A DNA stretch of 64,000 bases from Lingula anatina (taxonomy: Eukaryota; Animalia; Brachiopoda), in NCBI GenBank assembly GCA_051362555.1, contig CM120642.1:24552001-24616000 (forward strand), read 5' to 3'. Below the pieces are notes generated by a model. That model saw only the letters and a program-made list of their open reading frames with translations, did no database searches and was not told the DNA's origin. Made by a program: the position numbers and the translations under genes. Each line of letters begins with the position of its first letter. The stretch's first letter is position 1. Positions 50,601 through 64,000 of the stretch are shown here, one piece after another.

Positions 50601-51916
50601 GTACAGTGAATTTTTACTATTTTAAAATATATCAATGCCACCATTAATGCAAACAGAGGACTAAGGTAGAGCAGAGGCAACAGGAACCCACACCCCAACC
50701 CAGATAAACATTTATGTCAGTCCTAATATTTTGACTCTTACTTCAAATTAAAATATATATGCTTTTATATATGCACTCAACAATATTTATAAGAAAGAGT
50801 CAAAATGATATATATACAAATACCCCCTTGTGTACCTCTATTTTGATAACCTTATGTTTTTATATTACTGATCTCGAAAAAAAAAAATTTTTTTGGCCTC
50901 CCAGCAGTAATAATATGACAAAGATCAGACAAATAATCCTTAATTTAAAATGCTATTTTATAATAAAATCATTCAGTGACTGATGAAATCTCCCATTAAC
51001 TGATATGTAAATCTGTCCCTTGTGATACAATAGGCTATAAACTTCCTTAAAAAATCATTGTCCTAATGTCAGGTCATTGGATAGAGTTTGGCGTGTGCCT
51101 CAATCATGTCAGTAATTACTTTTTAAGAGAAGGAGAGGGGAGTGATAGACTTCTTTATTGTTCTGTTGCTTTTCACAAATGAATCCAATAGATAAAAAAA
51201 AATACATAGATATATTTCTGATCGCATCTGTTAAAATTAGGCCTATCTGATTTACTGTCAAGAATGTAAAGAAAAATTAACATAATTAAGTTTTACTCTA
51301 CTAAGCAGGCACACAATATAAAAATCTCAGGGTATCACTATTCAAAATATGTTAAATAATCATAAATGGGTGGTCTTGGGAAACACTTTAAGAAATAAAA
51401 TCACCACTGGTTATAATGAATTATAAAATGCTTATTTTGACAAAACCAGGAAGTAACTTATACATCTAAATTGTCCGTTTTTTTTTTTTTTTTTCAGTCA
51501 CACGGTGGCTTTTACAGGACTGCTGCATAAAAAAAAGATAAAAACAGAGAGTTTTCAATCTTAAAACAGATATCCCTTTCTTTTGTATAAAGGCGTACTG
51601 AATACATCGTTAAAAACAATGCAGGTATGAAACATTTCCTGCAACACCGCACCAACAACTAAAATTACATAAACGTCACTGTTCGGCCTTCGTCTGAAAA
51701 TTCCCATTGTTTCATTTAGACAGGTTGTCATAATTCCATCCTTCAGTCGATTTACCAGTATTTCTAACTTAAGAACCAAATGCACCAATATAATTGCATG
51801 TGGAATACACTTTGATTTTCTAAGTGTTTTCCTGAAACATTCCTATTTTTCACGGATGAAAAGCGCAGTTTTCATGAGAGATTGTGTTCAACTTACCCTC
51901 TACTTGTTGACGCCAT
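41694..51916 (-). CDS. GTF2B: General transcription factor IIB, 10 coding exons
   Basis: Exons 51916-51897, 50406-50305, 45835-45754, 45458-45354, 45002-44916, 44210-44081, 43628-43519, 42939-42845, 42528-42452 and 41827-41694. Zn ribbon [31 protein letters not shown]-reader [12 protein letters not shown]. Cyclin folds [50 protein letters not shown]. Confidence 0.95.
43114..43285. mobile_element. Short hAT-like MITE in GTF2B intron
   Basis: Termini cagggatagcgct ... agcgctaccccag with internal ttagccaa/ttggctaa motifs. TSD unclear. Confidence 0.5.
45958..46002 (-). ncRNA. Minimal type-I hammerhead ribozyme (Penelope pLTR, copy 1)
   Basis: Minus strand reads cauucc-CUGACGA-a-aucug-acugcaag-cagau-GAAA-uauu-ggaug: catalytic core, 5-bp stem II, palindromic micro stem III, and stem I cauucc/ggaug. 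Confidence 0.75.
46639..46683 (+). ncRNA. Minimal type-I hammerhead ribozyme (Penelope pLTR, copy 2)
   Basis: cattcc CTGACGA(46645-51) aatctg actgcaag cagat GAAA(46671-74) tatt ggatg; identical to copy 1. Confidence 0.75.
46878..47575. repeat. ~340-bp tandem duplication (2 copies)
   Basis: taaattttcacaaaaaactgttaaa...ccttgaaaatgccaa occurs at ~46887-47210 and again at ~47224-47568. Confidence 0.88.
47971..48753. repeat. 161-bp tandem repeat (~5 copies)
   Basis: Unit starts gtgaaaaa at 47971, 48131, 48292, 48453 and 48614. The last three copies are almost identical and the first is most diverged. Confidence 0.95.
49961..50321 (-). repeat. Degenerate minisatellite derived from the GTF2B exon 2 / 5' splice-site junction
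   Basis: Many variants of aacctacctgtctcccacaacc (minus strand ggttgtgggagacag|gtaggtt), including an exact 22-nt copy at 49987-50008. Confidence 0.85.
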
Positions 51917-52292
51917 CTATAATTTTGATGTCCTTAGATGGCGCTAACCAAGATAGTCCCATCTACATATCTTTTTTATTAATCTGTCGCAAAGATTTTA
52001 TGCCATATACATTTAACCGCTCATTTATACGCATATTCAGTGGCCTTAAATAGCGACAATTTGACGAATCTTTACATATATTTTACTTAAATTGCGTCAA
52101 ATATAACTGATTGAAAACGAGGACAGTTTCTGAAACGAGACTCGGAATCCCCAAATGGTAATTCCCCCATGTTGGTGGCAGTCGCTTATCCAACAACCAC
52201 GTACAGATTTATATAGCATCGAATCCCAACAGTAGGTATCGAATTTGCTAACTCAAGTGATATCAACGCTATTTTTAAGCATTTTTACTGAC
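51917..52292. promoter_or_regulatory. Bidirectional promoter GTF2B / ENDOG
   Basis: Start codons lie 376 bp apart on opposite strands. Contains a YY1-like agatggcg (~51936). Confidence 0.75.
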
Positions 52293-53873
52293 ATGTCCAA
52301 AATACGCTGGGCCACGGTAGCATCTTCTTTGTCGTGTCTGGGAATTGGAAGTTTTCTTGGGAAGATCTACGGAACACGGTGCCATGATAGCTGTGCATCA
52401 TGCAATGAACCCCTGCATTATTTTTCACTGCCAGTAGCCGAAGCAAAAGTCAACACAGAACTCCAGGTACCAGTCACTCCGATTCGACAAGAAATTTTTG
52501 CGAAGGGGGATGCACCGACTGGAAATAACAGGGTTTCTCAAATAATGCGATTCGGTTTTCCTGGGCTTGACAACGTCCGCACTCTCAAGGACTACGTAAT
52601 CTCCTACGACCGTCGAAATCGCACCGCGAATTGGGTCTTTGAGCACCTGACTCCGGAAAATGTTGCGTACAGTGAATACGTCGACAGGAAACATTGTGAG
52701 TTTGTGGAAGATGAAAGTTTTCACCCCTATCACAGGGCGAGGAATGAGGATTATAAAGGCAGTGGATATGATCGAGGGCACCTGGCAGCAGCGGCGAACC
52801 ACAGGTCTTCCTTACAAGCTATGGGAGAGACATTTCTTTTAAGTAACATTTCCCCACAGGTACATGTATGCATCTTTATTATAGATGGCAGGCAACCACG
52901 TGGTGACTCTTCTTCACTTTATTTTTTTTAACTTAAAGTATTTGAAAAACTAATTTCATAACATAAGTATATATAAGTTATTTTAAGTAAATTTGGTAAT
53001 TGATTATACAGTGTGAGTTACATGATTTTTAATGCAGTTATCACAAATTTCCCATTTAGTGCAGATTGTTCCTGATACAGAAAGTAAGTACAAGAAGTGA
53101 ATTTTGCAAACAAAATGATAAAGCATGTTGGGGGAAAATGGAATATCATGGTTTTAAAATAATTTAACTATAAAAAAGTCCACTTATACATTTGCTCATT
53201 GTTGTCTGTATTGCTTTTCAGGTTGGCAAAGGTTTCAATCGTGATGCATGGAACAAGTTGGAAAATTATGTCAGAAAATTGACCAAAAATCACCCCAATG
53301 TCTATGTTTGTACAGGGCCTTTGTATCTTCCTAGGTAACTGTTAAAGACACTCATACTTTGACTGTTTGGCACAAGTTAAATAAATCCTTATTTTTTCTT
53401 GTAACTGAAATGACATATTTTTTTCTTCTACACATTCATTTGTATAATTTAACTCACAAGAGAATATCTAGACACATTTTCATTTTATTCTTAAGTCTAC
53501 AAAAAAGCTGTCAAATTGTAATAGTTGATAATAATATTGGGCACAGTTGTTTCTGATTATAATTTAACTTCTCTTTTTATTTATTTTGCATTTTAGAAAA
53601 GAACCAGATGGCAAAACCTATGTCAAGTATGAAGTGATAGGAAAAAACAATGTAGCTGTTCCAACACATTTTTTCAAAGTAATTGTCATGGAAAATGACA
53701 AAGGTGACTTCCACTTACAGTCATTTGTAATGCCTAACCAAGCCCTTCCAGACAATATTAATTTATTTAACTATCAGGTGCCTGTTGATTCCATCGAGAG
53801 AGCTTCTGGACTATTAATGTTTGAGAGGTTGCCTAGAGACAGGCTCAAGTACATTAATGGCAAAAAGATATGA
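52293..53873 (+). CDS. ENDOG: Mitochondrial endonuclease G, 3 exons
   Basis: Exons 52293-52859, 53222-53334 and 53597-53873. Motifs IMRFGFPG, SYDRRNRTANWVFEHL, GSGYDRGHLAAAANH (DRGH active site), LSNISPQVGKGFNRDAWNKLE, VCTGPLYLP, VAVPTHFFKV, IERASGL. Confidence 0.96.
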
Positions 53874-54620
53874 TTAAAATACAGGCTGTGTCACGATCTC
53901 ACAACTGCTTTTCAATGGTCAGGTGGTGCAGCAAGAAGATAAATAATAAACTTTATCTAATGAAGATATCCTCTTATTATCTAACTTATGAAAAGTATGG
54001 AATGATTATCAAGGTTTTTAACAGCAATTGAAGTAGGTACATAATGGCTTTTAGTGTGGAATGGTTTTGCTGGTGTACATTTAGTAACAAGCTGAGGAAT
54101 GTGCGCTGTGTTTCACATTTTTTTTTTTATCATGTGGGCAAAGTTGTGTCAAAATGTGTCAAAATTTACATATTGAAAATAAGCAAGATATTTTGGTTTT
54201 TTTGTAGAACAAAGTGAGAAACAAATCGTGAAACTGAATTGTAAAAGATTAGAAATAAAACCTTGTCCTAATCACAAACTAGATGTCTTTTAATTTGCAT
54301 TTGTGTATACATCATATTAATTTTTTTTTCTGTCTTGATCATTACTTAACAATTTCACAAATTTTCTACTTTTCTTGTTAACTATTGCATGACCAAGTTT
54401 TATTATTAAACAAAGTTAACTACATGGTTAAAACATGTAAAATGTTTTATGTATCCCTTTTATTACATATGCACAAAATATTGGTTACATAGAGTGAAAA
54501 TTGTATTGCTTGTATAATAATTCCCAATAAAAGAAAAAATGTCAATGTCTAATCCAACTAACAATTTTCAATAATTCATACACAGTATGGCAAGTTTGAA
54601 ATATCCAGATGACTCTTGAC

Positions 54621-54776
54621 CAGTGTTTGCCCCTTAGGAAAATAAGTTGCTGGACCGAAAGTCCAGCCATCTTGAAAAGGAGCTGGACTGAATGTCTGAT
54701 GGGTGGGAAAACTTCTCAGCCCGTTCTGAAAGTTGTCAGCCCCGGGCAGACCGTCCAGCCTTAATTTCTAACACTG
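54621..54776. mobile_element. 156-bp hAT MITE with perfect 8-bp TSD
   Basis: Termini cagtgtt...aacactg. TSD ctcttgac at 54613-54620 and 54777-54784. Confidence 0.85.
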
Positions 54777-55486
54777 CTCTTGACTGTAAATTGAAAAGCT
54801 CTTTGACAACAGTGTATGACATATACCTTTTCATCAGCATCTCATGATCTCTTTCAGCTTTAATCTCCAGTGTTAATACGTATAACCATCTCAAGTCTTT
54901 TTATATTTTGTGATAAATACAGAATCTTTCAGTGTAAAATGTATCATTAAATTGCAACTTACAAGTAGCAACTGCTAAATTTTGAAGTTCAAAGTTTATT
55001 GAACATTACAATCCTATTTTCCCCAAAGAAAAAAAAATTAAAAGATAGCATGTGTATATTTTAGAACCTGTAAATTCACTTTTCCTTTATACATGTACTT
55101 GGTTCTGTTTGGCAATAAATCCAATACACAAAATGGCTTAATGAGAAATACTGATGCTGTCACTGTTGTTTAATTTATCAAATGTAAATTGATGACTGCT
55201 TTATGTTGCAGATAAAGACTGGGTTCAGGATATCAAGAAATTTTAAATTTACATTATTTATGAAATTGATAAAATTTCTAATTCATTATCACTGAAAAAC
55301 TGAAAATTATAGTACCTTGGACATTAGAAAAATTTATGCAATGTTGTTATGTAATGAATAATTCTTAACAAATATTGATGTAATGAGATGAAATAAACAT
55401 TTATAAAAATTGCTGTGAACCAAGAGAACATTTAATATAGTTTTAAATATTTACAAAAATTTACAGTTAATTATATTTTAAGAAAT

Positions 55487-55891
55487 TCAATGAATTTGAC
55501 AAACACGAACCATAAGTATCATCAACACTATAAACACAGGGGACAATATTTCTGAATATAACAACATAGTCTCTCCAGCAAATCTTTTGCACAGTAATAT
55601 CTGCGTCACAAATATATTGATGATAACAACTGAAGAAGATAACAGTCTCACTGCAGCCGACCTTATGTCCATGGATTTATACATTCTGATGAATACAATA
55701 ACACAAAAGTAACCATTCATTCCATCGGCTGCATATAATGGGACAAATACATGCCACCATGTGATATCAACCGCATTCTCTTGCTTCAGTACCAGCAGTA
55801 GGGAAAATATTAGTAAGGCCACTAAGTTGGTCAGTATTTCGCAGGTGGTCATCCCAAACCACAAGGCCAGTTCTTTTAGTGTGAAAAACAT
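55487..55891 (-). CDS. TMEM203: Transmembrane protein 203, single coding exon (134 aa)
   Basis: MFFTLKELALWFGMTTCE...WWHVFVPLYAADGMNGYFCVIVFIRMY...LLCKR...PVFIVLMILMVRVCQIH matches the TMEM203 pattern. Lies head-to-head with NDOR1. An upstream in-frame ATG exists at 55951. Confidence 0.9.
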   Translation of the reverse strand: MFFTLKELALWFGMTTCEILTNLVALLIFSLLLVLKQENAVDITWWHVFVPLYAADGMNGYFCVIVFIRMYKSMDIRSAAVRLLSSSVVIINIFVTQILLCKRFAGETMLLYSEILSPVFIVLMILMVRVCQIH

Positions 55892-56519
55892 GATGTATGT
55901 TGTGCTTCTGGCTGACGTAGATCCGTCTCTTGGAAAACGCCACCATTCCATACAGTTAAATAAATAACGAGAAGGATATGATCCCCAAAGTGGCGACTTT
56001 TATAACTCCTCTGAAGTATTCAGTAATATCTTAATGCCATGGCTGATTGAAGTGCAATGCAAGGCATAACTTTATGATCACAGCAATCCAAATGAAAAGT
56101 GACCAGTAAGTTTTTGCAGGGATTTCAAATATTTTTGTGCAAAAAATTAAGTCGTTGATGTCTTTCTCTTGGATTAAACCGAGATTATCCAACAGCGTAT
56201 TCAGTGATTGTCCTGTAAATCTTTCTTCACTTGGGTACAGTGTTACACAGATATTCCCTTCTTGAAAAGTTTTCCTTCCTTTAATTCATAGACCCTGCTG
56301 CACCTGAAATTAAGAAATAAAGAGTAATAACTTCCATTCAATGCTAGATGTAGACTACGTTAAAATTAAAATGACAAACAGGAAAAGATCAACAAATTTT
56401 TAGTTCAAAATCCAACTCTTTTAAAATTCGTAAAGACGACTGCCTATTAAGTTTTTATGTGCTCAGAGTAATGTTACCACTATGCTTACAGACATTTAGA
56501 CCGAAAAGCACAAACACTT

Positions 56520-56910
56520 TGGCTGCTTACTTGATTTGGTTTTGTGCAGTTAATAATTTCCTATTTAGATTGTTTTTGTGCAGGCCAGCTTCCAGCAATA
56601 AAGTGAAAACTATATGATTATTTCCTTGAATTAAGGGTATTCCGGCTGCACTTAAGATGATATATATATGATATTAAATTTAAGTTTCTTGCGATAAAAT
56701 TTAATTATTATAAATGTTTTTTACATTTTTTATTATGTTTTATGTATCTTTAGGTGATTTTCTCGGCAAAACTTGACTTTGCAGCAACAACTAATAATTA
56801 GAGAACTAGTCATCTTGTTAGCATCCCACAATGCATTGCTTATTCAAAACTTCCGGATTTCCCATGTGAGATGATGGAAAACCAGATTTGAAGAAACTGC
56901 TGAGTTAGTG
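56520..56910. promoter_or_regulatory. Probable bidirectional promoter / first non-coding exons of TMEM203 and NDOR1
   Basis: Minus-strand donor (cttac ~56526) and acceptor (~56305) for the TMEM203 5'UTR. Plus-strand donor gag|gttagt (~56904) and acceptor ttttcag (57488) for the NDOR1 5'UTR. ZNF143-like catcccacaatgcatt (~56822) and ETS-like acttccgg (~56849) motifs. Confidence 0.6.
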
Positions 56911-57282
56911 TGCTTATTTAATGCTCTTAAATGACCAGTTTTGCTTTTTATGCTAGAGCAAACAGGATGTACTGAATCTGTTCTCTTCTCATGTATTTTG
57001 TACCCTAAGGGTATTTCTAAGCGACAAACTATAGACTATAGAGTCGATCATTCATAATTATTTGTAAGTTAACCATTTATAAAATTGAATTTTAACTTGA
57101 TTCAGAGAAAGCAATGCTTTATACCTTTTATAATCCCACACGTTACAAGTGACGATTTACTTTTTTTAATTCACAAAAAGTGAATCAAGTTTGTAGAATA
57201 TATGTCAGTAGTGAGAAGTTCATGGAACCTGCTGTTCTCTCAACTACTAGTATTTCCATTCATTCATACACAGATCTCATCC

Positions 57283-57378
57283 TAGCACGAAAATTCATAC
57301 GTTAGCACTCCTATCGACGATTCTGATATGTATTGGCTGTGCTAGGATAGGAGTGCTAACGCATGAATTTTCGTGCTC
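57283..57378. mobile_element. 96-bp hairpin micro-MITE with probable 9-bp TSD
   Basis: Arms agcacgaaaattcatacgttagcactcctatc / gataggagtgctaacgcatgaattttcgtgct (1 mismatch). Flanks atctcatcc / atctcaccc. Confidence 0.7.
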
Positions 57379-57637
57379 ATCTCACCCCTAAATGGGAAAT
57401 TTGCACTACAGTGGAATAACAATATCATCTTTGTCTCTACATGTACATACTTTAACTGACTGACTCATTGTTTTCTGTTACTTTTCAGACCAGTCTTACT
57501 TTATGCCAGTGAAACTTCGGACTTTGGGAAAACTGGTACTGTGCTTGGTATTAGTCTTATTGATAAAATCACTAAAACAGAGACTGTCTGATTATTTTTC
57601 AATAGTGTTATCAGAAACTCACCACAGCTGTTGGTGA

Positions 57638-63110
<5,473 letters not shown>

Positions 63111-64000
63111 TGATAGCTGAAGTTCATTTTAAATTAAGAATTAGCTTTTCATGACATCAACACCATGAGGAATAATTTAAGCATTTTTTATTGTTATGTA
63201 CTATTAGTTGGAGATATGCAAAGTTATTTGAGAGAATTTCATTTGAAAAGAAATACTGTCATAACTTGGTATAACAAAAATCCATACCACAACATTCCCA
63301 ATTGTTTAGTTTAGTGAGTTTGCAAATGGTTTATGCCAGGAACGAAAGTACCCAATTTATCATCTGGATTTACAGTCAAATACAATTGTTTCACTGTGAA
63401 CAAGTTGCTCAGTTGGGAAAAGTACTGCAAAAAGAAACCTTTAAAAGGATCTATTTAGTTTTCTGTATTTCAAAGCTGTGTAGATTGTCACTAGTAACTT
63501 CAACACAGCAAATTCAAATAAACTTCGCAATAGACATTGAACAGATTTTTTTCAGACTGAAAAAAAAAAACATTCTGTAAATTACACTCAACTCGCTGGA
63601 CAAGAAAAATAAAACAGGAGTCAAGGTTTTAAATGTCTATAAGTACTTGTAACATTTATTTCATTGTTAAATATGTTTCACTGGTATGGGAACACTATGC
63701 GCGTAAAGTTCAGTTAAGGATTCTTTATACAACATGTACAACTCATAACTGATATGTCACCTCACAGACAAAGCGCCAGAGATACAGTGAATAATTATCA
63801 CAATATCAATTCAATCGTACTTTTGCACTGAAATTCTACCAAGTGCACAGAATGAGAAGAAAACTGCAGAGTGGACTAGAGGTACAAAATCTTAATATAT
63901 TTGCGAACACTGTTAACTGAAGAAGAGAATGAGAGGATCAAAGCTTGACAAAAAAGTTCAAAACCATAAACTCAAACAACTACATGCTATGAAATAAGAA

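Noticed and set aside
55892-55951. N-terminal extension MEWWRFPRDGSTSARSTTYI of TMEM203
   Set aside because: Family similarity begins at MFFTLKEL. The upstream ATG cannot be supported without Ribo-seq or conservation data.

Overview
AT-rich, intron-containing animal genomic DNA. A marine invertebrate, probably a lophotrochozoan, is inferred from the gene and repeat content. It is not prokaryotic, and no rRNA, tRNA or CRISPR array was seen. Conserved genes reconstructed exon by exon are ACBD6 (+), GTF2B/TFIIB (-), ENDOG (+), TMEM203 (-) and NDOR1 (+). GTF2B/ENDOG and TMEM203/NDOR1 are head-to-head pairs. Between ACBD6 and GTF2B lies an accessory cell-surface/secreted cluster. It has two convergent secreted ADA2/ADGF adenosine deaminase paralogs, each fused to a C-terminal IPT/TIG domain. 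They bracket two paralogous type-II membrane proteins sharing an unrecognised 8-Cys extracellular module, plus an orphan ADA exon fragment. A 12-Cys Ly6/uPAR three-finger gene follows. Mobile DNA includes an internally deleted TTAA Kolobok-like element, a decayed Tc1, an RTE-like LINE end, several MITEs, a Helentron-associated element carrying 161-bp repeats, and a young hairpin Penelope-like insertion with minimal hammerhead ribozymes in TFIIB intron 2. All calls are from reading the sequence; no searches were run.
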